Virus record (IMG/VR): IMGVR_UViG_2636415959_000003
Coordinates: 1-42,713 of that record
Source of the DNA: a virus
Lineage: Duplodnaviria; Heunggongvirae; Uroviricota; Caudoviricetes
Length of the DNA stretch: 42,713 nucleotides
Strand: one strand, 5' to 3'
Shown here: positions 27,340-35,039 of the stretch, piece by piece
How positions within the stretch are numbered: the first letter of the stretch is position 1
How the letters are laid out: each line of letters opens with the position of its first letter
The notes under the pieces: generated by a model
The model's input: only the letters and a program-made list of their open reading frames with translations
Databases searched by the model: none
Told to the model about the DNA's origin: nothing
Translations under genes and position numbers: made by a program

Positions 27340-28247
27340 GCCTCCTGCTGTGGTGCTGCTGGTGCAGCGGCGAGCATTTTCGAGTAGCAATGCACTGTAT
27401 TCAGCCAGAACCCAACCACCGATTGCCCCGCACGCAACATATCTTTTGTTGGGTCAATCGGAACGAGTTTCCATCCATTAGGAATGGAGGAGGTATTAAC
27501 GCTTTCCCCCTGAAGCGCGGCAGCGGCTCGCTCCAAAAGCTCAGGTGATTTGATCTCTCCTTTTTCTCGAAGATATTTAGCTCTACCAGTAAGCATGCAA
27601 ATAAAATCATCTGGCAATTTGTAAGCCGTCGTTACAGGTTCAACCATATTGTTGGAGTCACCGGAATGGTCAACCATAGCGAGCTTATCCTCGGTATGGT
27701 TGGTTATCGCTTCCTGAAAGCGTTCAAGCTCCACGTACTCCTGGCATGACCAACCGCCATCAATGAAATCACGAGCTTCAACAGCGTCGAAAGTGAATGA
27801 TGTTTCGCTGCCAGTTGGTGAGGTTAAGCCGTACAGGTCTGCTACCGGCTTAAACTGTGTGGCTGGAATATTTTCAGGAATATTTTGTTGTCGATTTTGT
27901 TGCTCGGCACCCTGAAGCATGGCGGCGAACTCCTTCATGCCTGTATCATGTTCTGCTCGCTGCTCTGGTGTCATAGCCTCAAGCTCAGCATAATACTCTG
28001 CGCGCCGCCGTAATGCTCCAAGCATTGTTCTAGTAGGCACTCCTTTGCCGAATTTCAAACCAGGCTCCAGCATCACTGGGCATGGCAAGGTTTCAGGGTA
28101 ATCAGGCACAGATGCCGGCGCTGGCGGGGAGGCGAGCATGGACATCAACGCGCATATGGTGTCCTCGCCGATTTCAAACATACCACTGGCGTTCTGCTCC
28201 GAAGCTTTCAGGTCTTCGATTAACTGCTCTCTGGTAATAGTGCTCAT
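27336..28247 (-). CDS. Hypothetical protein (303 aa)
   Basis: Long ORF, ATGA-coupled on both sides within the early-right operon. Confidence 0.5.
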   Translation of the reverse strand: MSTITREQLIEDLKASEQNASGMFEIGEDTICALMSMLASPPAPASVPDYPETLPCPVMLEPGLKFGKGVPTRTMLGALRRRAEYYAELEAMTPEQRAEHDTGMKEFAAMLQGAEQQNRQQNIPENIPATQFKPVADLYGLTSPTGSETSFTFDAVEARDFIDGGWSCQEYVELERFQEAITNHTEDKLAMVDHSGDSNNMVEPVTTAYKLPDDFICMLTGRAKYLREKGEIKSPELLERAAAALQGESVNTSSIPNGWKLVPIDPTKDMLRAGQSVVGFWLNTVHCYSKMLAAAPAAPQQEA

Positions 28248-28654
28248 GATGCCTCTCCTTTACCGGCTGCGGCGACCTTCACGCCAACTTCTTCAAGCGC
28301 CCTGAAAAACTCAAGGCGGACACCAACCAGAATATCTTCACGCTCACGGTGAGTTACTTCGGCAAGGTAATCACGAAGCATTTTTAACTCAGGCAATTTC
28401 ACCTCCCGCGCCTCCAGCTCAGCGATCCGCTTCTCTGCGGATTCCAGCTCATCCAGCAGCGCCAGCACGGTGGCGGGGTTGGCTGCGGCGATAAATGCAG
28501 CATCACGCGCTTCGTTTTCACTGAATACCATGGCTATTTGCTCATGGTTCACGCCGTCAGTGGAGTAAATCTCATCGTCGAACTCAACAGCCCACCGGCC
28601 TTTCGTCGCCTTCTCCTCCGCTTCACGCAGAGCCTGGTAATTAATCTCGCTCAC
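28244..28654 (-). CDS. Ea22-like coiled-coil protein (tentative)
   Basis: 136 aa; coiled-coil ELESAEKRIAELEAREVKLPELK segment. Confidence 0.45.
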   Translation of the reverse strand: MSEINYQALREAEEKATKGRWAVEFDDEIYSTDGVNHEQIAMVFSENEARDAAFIAAANPATVLALLDELESAEKRIAELEAREVKLPELKMLRDYLAEVTHREREDILVGVRLEFFRALEEVGVKVAAAGKGEAS

Positions 28655-29172
28655 TGGTTGCCTCCTTTGCGAAGCTGGGCGGCGATATCTTCGAGAACGC
28701 CATCAGAGAATGAGCGGTCAAAATCGCCTTCCGGCGCATTAGCCATAAACTCAGTAGAGGTAAGAATCATCCTGGCAATATCCGCGGCGTTCTTTGCAGT
28801 ATCATCAATAAAACCAGCTTCCCAGGCAGCCAGCATTCTGTTCGCCACAAAGTAAGCTCCCTCCTTGCGTGCTTCAGTCTTCACTTCAGCCAGGAAAGCG
28901 TCGGTCGCCGGTGTTGGTTCTTGTGGTGATACAGCAACGCGAATGGTTTCAAGTGCCGGGTCTGTTTCCACTGTCGGAACCTGGATATAACCAAGCTGCA
29001 CCCCATTCATGATGAACGTGCGACGGTCTTCACACACCGCCTTCAGCCCCGCATTCTCCGCTGCCATCTGCGCCAGCTTCATCTCCATATTATCGATTGT
29101 GATATCAGTCTGGCGGCCGTAGCGCTCTGACTCGATGAGCTTCTGCTCTAACTCTTCATAACTCGGTTTCAT
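28651..29172 (-). CDS. Hypothetical protein
   Basis: Start MKPSYEELEQKL at 29172, ATGA-coupled. Confidence 0.45.
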   Translation of the reverse strand: MKPSYEELEQKLIESERYGRQTDITIDNMEMKLAQMAAENAGLKAVCEDRRTFIMNGVQLGYIQVPTVETDPALETIRVAVSPQEPTPATDAFLAEVKTEARKEGAYFVANRMLAAWEAGFIDDTAKNAADIARMILTSTEFMANAPEGDFDRSFSDGVLEDIAAQLRKGGNQ

Positions 29173-29510
29173 GCTCTCACCCCGTATACGCTTAAAATTC
29201 TTTTCATCGCCGCGCTGTTGCGGCACTCCTGGCAGATCACGTTTGTGTCCGTCCGCTGAATTAACTTCGACTTACCCTGCTTCATGCCAGGTATCGTGTC
29301 AGGGGCGAAGCGCATTCCGTAGCTGGTCAGGCTGTAAAGGCGCTGGCCGTATTTTCCTTCGCAGCGGATCAGGCCGTCTGCCAGCAGCGTGCTCACCGTT
29401 CCGGATATCTTTTTGGTGTCCATGCCGATAAGCCCTGCCAGTTTGGCGTTGTTCAACCCTGGGTTGTTGCGCAGGGCTGCCAGCACCTGCTCACGGATTG
29501 TTATGTTCAT
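29169..29510 (-). CDS. Hypothetical protein (possible winged-helix)
   Basis: Start MNITIREQVLAAL at 29510. Confidence 0.45.
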   Translation of the reverse strand: MNITIREQVLAALRNNPGLNNAKLAGLIGMDTKKISGTVSTLLADGLIRCEGKYGQRLYSLTSYGMRFAPDTIPGMKQGKSKLIQRTDTNVICQECRNSAAMKRILSVYGVRA

Positions 29511-29511
29511 G

Positions 29512-30201
29512 TCACACCATCCCGTTCGACTTGTTGCGGTTGTACTTGGCCAGCAGCAGCTGGATCGGCGTCGGCCCTTGCTCGGCAGCTGGTGCGGCAA
29601 TAGCCCGGCGTACCGGCGGCACTGGCTTACCCTCGGTGACGCGCCTTTCCCACATGTCCAGCAGATCGCCTGCCTCGCGTGCCAGTTCACCATGCGTTAA
29701 CTGGCGCTCGGTGCTGCGGTGGCGCAATTCTACGCAAATGTGGTACATGACCGGCTGCGACCATGGAAATTGCTCGCTGGAGATGAATTCGAACGAGCGG
29801 TTACGCCAGTCCCAGTATTCGGCGATCACCTGGTCAACGTTGACGCCCAGCGCGCCGCCGCTCTGCTTGCACCAGGCGACGAACTGGCCCGGCGACGGCA
29901 GGAATGGGCGCTCCTGGCGGCGGGCAATGCGCATGCCGGCATCGACCTGAGCCATGGTGTGGATCCCGTTCTCCTGAAACGCCAGCAGCCACTGACGGCG
30001 GAATTCGTTCAGGTCTTCCTGGGTGCGGAAGTTCGCCATGCTGGCCGGGAACGCGGCGCGCAGCTCGTTGAACAGCTTGTTGAATACCTGCGCCACCTGC
30101 TCGACCGGCGCGCACTCCTGGTACTGCTCTGGCAGGTTATGGGCCATGCGGCTCATCTGCTCGCGGTCGTGGTTACGCATCTGCTCTGCAAGAGATTTCA
30201 T
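29512..30201 (-). CDS. P: Replication protein P (DnaB helicase loader)
   Basis: MKSLAEQMRNHDREQMSRMAHNLPEQY…RPFLPSPGQFVAWC closely matches lambda P as recalled. Confidence 0.85.
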   Translation of the reverse strand: MKSLAEQMRNHDREQMSRMAHNLPEQYQECAPVEQVAQVFNKLFNELRAAFPASMANFRTQEDLNEFRRQWLLAFQENGIHTMAQVDAGMRIARRQERPFLPSPGQFVAWCKQSGGALGVNVDQVIAEYWDWRNRSFEFISSEQFPWSQPVMYHICVELRHRSTERQLTHGELAREAGDLLDMWERRVTEGKPVPPVRRAIAAPAAEQGPTPIQLLLAKYNRNKSNGMV

Positions 30202-31106
30202 CGGATCACCCCATAGGCCCAGTCAGTGTTGTTGAAGTCCAGATCTGGCTTGACAGCGCGCTGCTCACCTCCGGCGTTACGCTGCATTGTCAGCTTGTCC
30301 CACTGCTTACGCAGGCTTTCGGGACTCAGGATGTTGGTCTGCCAGAAGTGGTGTTTGCTAGCCCAGTCATACAGCGCGCAGATGTCCTGGTGCGACCGGT
30401 TGTCTATCTGGCGCATCAGGCGAACAGTGTTAGACCAGGAGGTCATGTCCGGGGCTTTGCAGGTTGGGTTAATCAGCTTCACCCTGGAGGAAATCCACTT
30501 AGCTGTCTCGAGGTCTTCAGCAGAGCCCCACTTCGCACCGGATGGTGTGTAGACCGCAGCTTCAGGATGAGTTGATAAAAATTTCTTCAGACGTGCGTCA
30601 GAGGATTCGTCAGAATTCTCGGACGAAGATCTTTTAATACTGTTCTTGTTCTTGTATTGGGTGTCTACCGTTTTCGGGAAGGTTATTCCTGATTTCGGGA
30701 AGGATTTTCCCGTTTTCGGGAATTTTCTTCCCGTTTCCGGTTTGTCTAAAATCCATGCTGAAAGGTCAGTGTTTACACCGACGATTTTCATCATGCCCTG
30801 CTTCTGTGAAAAGATGATTTTGCGTTCTGCGAGAGACTTAAGCGCGTCCGATACATGCGTATCGCTCAGGCCCGTAAGCTCGGCAATAACCGTATTTGTC
30901 ACGCGGTCCTGTTTCTTGTTCCAGCCGTAGGTAAGCCAGATCACCGCCTCAAAACATTGCCATTCCCGGCCTGACAGTCTCAGGCGAGGCTTAAGCTGTT
31001 GGATCTCGTTAGCGACCTTGGTATACCCGTTCGACAGGTCGGCCATACGACCTCCCGGTTGTTCGGTTTTATTTGGGAAATTGATTATTTCAGCGGTGTT
31101 TGACAT
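30198..31106 (-). CDS. O: Replication initiator O
   Basis: MSNTAEIINFP…TYGWNK…SSENSDESSD…NTDWAYGV closely matches lambda O as recalled; GGGAG RBS. Confidence 0.9.
   Translation of the reverse strand: MSNTAEIINFPNKTEQPGGRMADLSNGYTKVANEIQQLKPRLRLSGREWQCFEAVIWLTYGWNKKQDRVTNTVIAELTGLSDTHVSDALKSLAERKIIFSQKQGMMKIVGVNTDLSAWILDKPETGRKFPKTGKSFPKSGITFPKTVDTQYKNKNSIKRSSSENSDESSDARLKKFLSTHPEAAVYTPSGAKWGSAEDLETAKWISSRVKLINPTCKAPDMTSWSNTVRLMRQIDNRSHQDICALYDWASKHHFWQTNILSPESLRKQWDKLTMQRNAGGEQRAVKPDLDFNNTDWAYGVIR
30668..30743. repeat. Replication origin iterons (four TTTCGGGAA-containing repeats) inside the O gene
   Basis: Iterons tgatTTCGGGAAgga / ccgTTTTCGGGAAttt etc. at about 20-bp spacing, followed downstream by an AT-rich tract. 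Confidence 0.7.
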
Positions 31107-31143
31107 ACTTACTCCCGTTACTTGGCGTAACACAGTGTGATAA

Positions 31144-31184
31144 GGGCCTTTGAAGTTACCGCTTCAAGGGCTTTTTCTTTTCTT
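31144..31184 (+). terminator. Plus-strand rho-independent terminator antisense to the early-right operon (OOP-like RNA terminator)
   Basis: About 10-bp stem (GGCCTTTGAAG/CTTCAAGGGC) followed by TTTTTCTTTTCTT on the plus strand, between O start and YdaT-like stop. Confidence 0.4.
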
Positions 31185-31191
31185 GTGCCTC

Positions 31192-31734
31192 TCATATAAC
31201 CCCCAGCATCGATGTAACCATCGTCATCAGTGGGCCTGCCTGCTCCGGCATGAGGCGGAAGAGCGACGCTATACCCTCGCTTACCTCTTTCAGCTTCTGA
31301 TGCTCTGGAGCGTCCAGCAGCACGGCCTGTTTAGCCTCTGCGAGTTCTTTCTCGGCCTCAGCCAGGCGAGACATTTTGCAATCGGCACCGATCAGGCGAG
31401 TGCGATACTCAACCGGCAGGACCGCCATGATTGCCGGTGTCAGCTGGCGCACGTTCTCGCGGTACTGCTCAGAGTCGAAGCGGTTATCCAGAAAGCGAAA
31501 TAGCTTCTGCCGCGCCCGGCTGATGTCTTCCGGAAAGCTGATGGCGTTCCCGCCCTGCTCCCGGTATTCGTTGATGATCAGCGCCGAAACGACGTCCTGA
31601 TTGTCCAGCGCCGACGACCATGCCCGGACCGCATCGCGGATCTTTTCGTGGTCTGGCGCCGCCTTAGGTTGAGCGCGGTTTATCATCGCTCCCGGGTGTA
31701 TTCCGGTATTGTGTTGATACGCAAGTGAATGCAT
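31192..31734 (-). CDS. YdaT-like protein in the cII position
   Basis: LIINEYREQGG…LTPAIMAVLPVEYRTRL resembles Rac prophage YdaT as recalled. Start at 31734 or 31686. Confidence 0.5.
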   Translation of the reverse strand: MHSLAYQHNTGIHPGAMINRAQPKAAPDHEKIRDAVRAWSSALDNQDVVSALIINEYREQGGNAISFPEDISRARQKLFRFLDNRFDSEQYRENVRQLTPAIMAVLPVEYRTRLIGADCKMSRLAEAEKELAEAKQAVLLDAPEHQKLKEVSEGIASLFRLMPEQAGPLMTMVTSMLGVI

Positions 31735-31763
31735 TGCTTTCCCTTTCGTGGTTAGGGCCGCCG

Positions 31764-31985
31764 TTAGGCGGCAAAGATACTTGGATATAGAACTTCGCGA
31801 GGAAGCCCCGTCACTTCTTCGTACTTACGCATTTTTGTTACTGGAAGGCTGCCACCTCGCTTTTTAAGCATATTGATGGCCTGTGGCGTTACGCCGACCT
31901 TTTCAGCAAGCACCTTTTGAGAGCCGCCCACTGCATTAATGGCTTTCTCAAGCGGGGTGCTTGCGTTGGATTCTTTGTTGATCAT
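31764..31985 (-). CDS. cro: Cro-like HTH regulator (YdaS/Cro type)
   Basis: 73 aa HTH (QKVLAEKVGVTPQAINMLKK); divergent from cI; GGAG RBS. Confidence 0.7.
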   Translation of the reverse strand: MINKESNASTPLEKAINAVGGSQKVLAEKVGVTPQAINMLKKRGGSLPVTKMRKYEEVTGLPREVLYPSIFAA

Positions 31986-32102
31986 GTTTTGCTCCGCTCA
32001 TGTGTAATCAACACCATGTTAATTCATGATGTGGATTAAATCAACATTATGGTGATGGAAAAAATCCACATGTTGTTTACCATGCATGGAGCGGAGGGTT
32101 TT
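31986..32102. promoter_or_regulatory. Right operator/promoter region (OR with PR and PRM)
   Basis: Minus-strand promoter TTGATT-17-TAACAT with the motif ATCCACATCATG between -35 and -10. Further copies of ATCCACATG/AAATCAACA motifs in the cI-cro spacer. Confidence 0.6.
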
Positions 32103-32813
32103 ATGAGTAGCATTTCTGAAAGAATTAAATTTTTACTGGCAAGGGAAGGCTTGAAGCAGCGGGATTTGGCTGAGGCTTTGTCGACTAGCCCACAGACCGT
32201 CAACAACTGGATAAAAAGAGACGCGTTAAGTCGTGAGGCGGCGCAACAAATATCTGAAAAATTCGGTTATTCTCTTGACTGGTTATTAAATGGAGAGGGT
32301 TCTCCAAAGAAGGATCTGGAGAGCAACATCCCGCCAGAGTCTGAGTGGGGAACTGTCGACGCTTGGGACAAAAATACCCCCCTACCTGACGATGAGGTGG
32401 AAGTACCGTTTCTGAAGGATATCGAGTTTGCGTGTGGTGATGGGCGTGTTCATAGCGAAGATCATAACGGCTTTAAACTGAGGTTCTCCAAGGCAACGCT
32501 CAGAAGGGTGGGTGCAAATAGTGATGGTTCTGGAGTGCTTTGCTTTCCCGCTTCTGGTGACAGCATGGAGCCCGTTATTCCTGACGGCGCAACGGTAGCA
32601 GTCGATACAGGCAACAAGCGGATTATTGACGGCGAACTCTATGCTATTAACCAGGGCGATTTAAAGCGCATAAAGCAGCTTTATCGAAAGCCTGGTGGGA
32701 AGCTATTAATACGAAGCATCAATCGCGATTATGACGATGAAGAGGCTGATGAGGCAGATGTCGAGATAATCGGTTTTGTGTTCTGGTACTCGGTATTGCG
32801 ATATCGCCGATAA
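32103..32813 (+). CDS. cI: CI-type repressor (HTH_XRE plus LexA-like S24 autopeptidase domain)
   Basis: N-terminal HTH (KQRDLAEALSTSPQTVNNW), C-terminal GDSMEP…K catalytic Ser/Lys pair; GGAGGG RBS. Confidence 0.9.
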   Translation: MSSISERIKFLLAREGLKQRDLAEALSTSPQTVNNWIKRDALSREAAQQISEKFGYSLDWLLNGEGSPKKDLESNIPPESEWGTVDAWDKNTPLPDDEVEVPFLKDIEFACGDGRVHSEDHNGFKLRFSKATLRRVGANSDGSGVLCFPASGDSMEPVIPDGATVAVDTGNKRIIDGELYAINQGDLKRIKQLYRKPGGKLLIRSINRDYDDEEADEADVEIIGFVFWYSVLRYRR

Positions 32814-32818
32814 TTTTA

Positions 32819-32931
32819 GTGGCCTGAAGAGACGTTTGGGTGATAAGAGAATATCTGATAGTAGGCGTGGTTACTTTGCTCTCGGTTGTTGCGATCGTGC
32901 TTATGGTGGCCTGATGAGACGTTTGGGTGAT
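32819..32931. repeat. Two 26-bp direct repeats GTGGCCTGA(A/T)GAGACGTTTGGGTGAT (25/26 identical), 87 bp apart
   Basis: Copies at 32819-32844 and 32906-32931, starting 6 bp after the cI stop. Confidence 0.6.
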
Positions 32932-33079
32932 GGGCAAGGTGTTCTGGTCGGCGCATAGCTGGTGAAAAAATTATTTAATGCGGTGTATTGGCTGATTGTA
33001 ACCCCATGTAACATCTTGCCGTCACCATTTCGGTGGTTAGATTTTTAATAAAAAAAACAAATGTATAGCAAGGTTTTTT

Positions 33080-33559
33080 ATGGATAAAATTAATTACCCA
33101 CCCCTGTTTGAGCCAGGGCTCCATGACATGGATGAAGCTGGATTAAAATCGTATTGTGTCGATTGCTTTCCTTCATCATCCAGGCGAGGCATGCTATACT
33201 GTAATTTTATACAGCTACTCGAATCTATTCGAGAATTATCTGCTCAATATGGCTGTTTTACAGAAATATGGGTTGATGGTTCATACACCACGTCTAAACC
33301 AGAGCCTGATGATATTGATATTTTGTTGGTATGTGACTATAGCAATATAAACTCAATACCTGTCATGCTTCGGGGCCGCGTCGATAATTTGCTTGACCGA
33401 AACTACATCAAACAAAACTACAAAATTGATGTCCTACTACTCATGAAGAATTTAGATGACCCTAACTATGATTATGAGTACTGGCGTAGCTACTGGCGCG
33501 GTTGGTTTGGTTTTGATCGCAGTGAAAACCCGAAAGGGTTAGTGAGGATTTTTTTATGA
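33080..33559 (+). CDS. Nucleotidyltransferase-fold protein (minimal Pol-beta-like NTase), cargo gene A
   Basis: 159 aa; WVDGSYTTSKPEPDDIDILLV fits the hG[GS]-x9-13-DhDh NTase signature, with a later acidic residue (KIDVLLL). AT-rich; AAGG RBS. Confidence 0.55.
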   Translation: MDKINYPPLFEPGLHDMDEAGLKSYCVDCFPSSSRRGMLYCNFIQLLESIRELSAQYGCFTEIWVDGSYTTSKPEPDDIDILLVCDYSNINSIPVMLRGRVDNLLDRNYIKQNYKIDVLLLMKNLDDPNYDYEYWRSYWRGWFGFDRSENPKGLVRIFL

Positions 33560-34488
33560 ATGATAAATCAATGTTTAAAAATTGCGATAAACGCATTGAT
33601 TTCATTCAAAAAGAAGTCGATGCAATGAAGCAAAACAAAACCAGGTCCTTTGCTGACATGCTTCTTTATCGCTCCATGGATTCTCATCTGAGCGATTTGA
33701 AGGCCGAAAAATTAAAGCAAGATAGTCGGCACCCACTTATCGATTTTTTTGAGCTGCGGCTGAAAGGCTCTGAGGTTGACTTTGGCTCTATTCCTTTAGA
33801 GCTGCTTGGGGCTATTTCAACAAATCTTGCAGCGCTAATACAAAGAGCAACACACAAAATTGCCTCAGGCAAGGACTCAAAAAAAGTTCCCTACGACGTG
33901 AAAAGCTCCTTAAACCTCAGGCTGGCTGATTTATCCCCTGGGTCTACAAAATTGGGCGTCACCTTCTCTACAGGAATAGCAGAATTAGTAGAAACAGTAC
34001 CCAGCAAGGCTGTAAAAGGCATATTCGATTTGTTGTTAAGCGATGACGACAACAACTTCATGAATCACGTCGCTGAAATTGGATACAATTCCACTGTAAG
34101 CCTTAAGAGAATCGTAGAGGAATGCGATAAACACAACTTAACATTTGATGCAAGTTGGACCGGTCCATTTAGTAATGGCACCAAGGTGGCAACTATTGAC
34201 TCCAATAAAATTAAGTACTTGGTGAGTAGACTTACATCAACCATTTCATCCCCTCCCATTACTGAAACGGTTACAGGCGAACTGGTCGTTCTATCCAAAT
34301 ATGGGAAGCTGGAGCTTGATGTTGGTGGTGAACATTTAAAGGCTTCCTATCCGATTGAAATGCTAGATTTAATACAAAAAAAACACAAGGTCGGACAGAT
34401 TGTTTCTCTTTTAGTGGAGACTACTGAGATTCACAATGATCGCATAGGTCTGTACCGTAAAAACCATCTTGTTAAATCGGTTCTTTAA
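33556..34488 (+). CDS. Hypothetical 310-aa protein, cargo gene B (partner of the NTase-fold protein)
   Basis: ATGA overlap with gene A (33556-33559); no TM segments. One Rx4H match (RSMDSH), not diagnostic. Confidence 0.55.
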   Translation: MNDKSMFKNCDKRIDFIQKEVDAMKQNKTRSFADMLLYRSMDSHLSDLKAEKLKQDSRHPLIDFFELRLKGSEVDFGSIPLELLGAISTNLAALIQRATHKIASGKDSKKVPYDVKSSLNLRLADLSPGSTKLGVTFSTGIAELVETVPSKAVKGIFDLLLSDDDNNFMNHVAEIGYNSTVSLKRIVEECDKHNLTFDASWTGPFSNGTKVATIDSNKIKYLVSRLTSTISSPPITETVTGELVVLSKYGKLELDVGGEHLKASYPIEMLDLIQKKHKVGQIVSLLVETTEIHNDRIGLYRKNHLVKSVL

Positions 34489-34495
34489 TATCTCA

Positions 34496-34520
34496 CCCGG
34501 CCACCGCGCCGGGTTTTTTA
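34496..34520 (+). terminator. Rho-independent terminator after cargo operon
   Basis: CCCGG-ccaccgcg-CCGGG followed by TTTTTTA, 8 nt after the gene B stop. Confidence 0.65.
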
Positions 34521-34603
34521 TTGCCCACCCATAAAGCCATCCTCCATTCTGCCGATAACTATCCAGCCTGAAGCTGATAACAATAACTATCGCAACACTA
34601 CCT

Positions 34604-34628
34604 GCCCGCCCGTGCGGGCTTTTTTATT
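34604..34628 (+). terminator. Second tandem rho-independent terminator
   Basis: GCCCGC-ccgt-GCGGGC followed by TTTTTTATT. Confidence 0.65.
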
Positions 34629-34821
34629 GTCCTTTCCGCACTATCTCAGCTGCATCCCTGTTCACACCCTTACCTATCACGTTTCCCGTTTCCTTCCGGT
34701 ACCGTTCCAGCTTGTCGATGATGTTTTGCTGGGTCATAGGTAAATCTGCCAGTGACAACTCCATGACCGCCCGCCCCATGGCGTGAACCATCATGTTCAC
34801 TCTTTCTTCATCCAAGTCCAT
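34624..34821 (-). CDS. Hypothetical small protein (65 aa) divergent from PL
   Basis: ORF ending at the second terminator; no convincing RBS inspected. Confidence 0.35.
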   Translation of the reverse strand: MDLDEERVNMMVHAMGRAVMELSLADLPMTQQNIIDKLERYRKETGNVIGKGVNRDAAEIVRKGQ

Positions 34822-34860
34822 TACCCACTCCTTTTTGATGTTTTTTTCAGCATATCACTT

Positions 34861-34965
34861 ATGCCACCAAAAAATAAATCAACATAAAAATCAACAGTAA
34901 ACGATTAAATCAACAAAATAAATCCACAAGGTGTTGACCTACAAATCCACATGATGTTTAATTAC
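34861..34965 (+). promoter_or_regulatory. Left operator/promoter region (OL/PL)
   Basis: Plus-strand TTGACC-17-TTTAAT with ATCCACATGATG between -35 and -10 (same motif as in OR), plus three AAATCAACA repeats upstream. Confidence 0.55.
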
Positions 34966-35026
34966 TCCATCGAAACGAAACATCGACAGCTGAGCGAAGT
35001 TAGCCAGCGGCGGACAGCAAGTCGCC

Positions 35027-35039
35027 TGCTTTTTAACAA
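35027..35039 (+). promoter_or_regulatory. boxA-like element TGCTTTTTAACAA in PL leader
   Basis: 12 of 13 match to the rrn boxA TGCTCTTTAACAA as recalled; about 70 nt downstream of the PL -10. Confidence 0.35.

Noticed and set aside
29498-30235. Plus-strand and alternative-frame ORFs overlapping the P gene (for example 29719-30216)
   Set aside because: The minus-strand frame has a clear lambda P-like product; the others are GC-rich overlaps.
32819-32931. Possible CRISPR array
   Set aside because: Only two repeat copies, they are not palindromic, and no cas genes are present.
32776-32958. 60-aa ORF spanning the two 26-bp direct repeats
   Set aside because: It overlaps the cI 3' end in another frame; its repeated peptide (GLKRRLGD / GLMRRLGD) is a consequence of the DNA repeats, and there is no RBS.
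33556-34488. HEPN (Rx4-6H) toxin assignment for cargo gene B
   Set aside because: A single RSMDSH match near the N-terminus is expected by chance in a 310-aa protein, so the gene is left as unknown.
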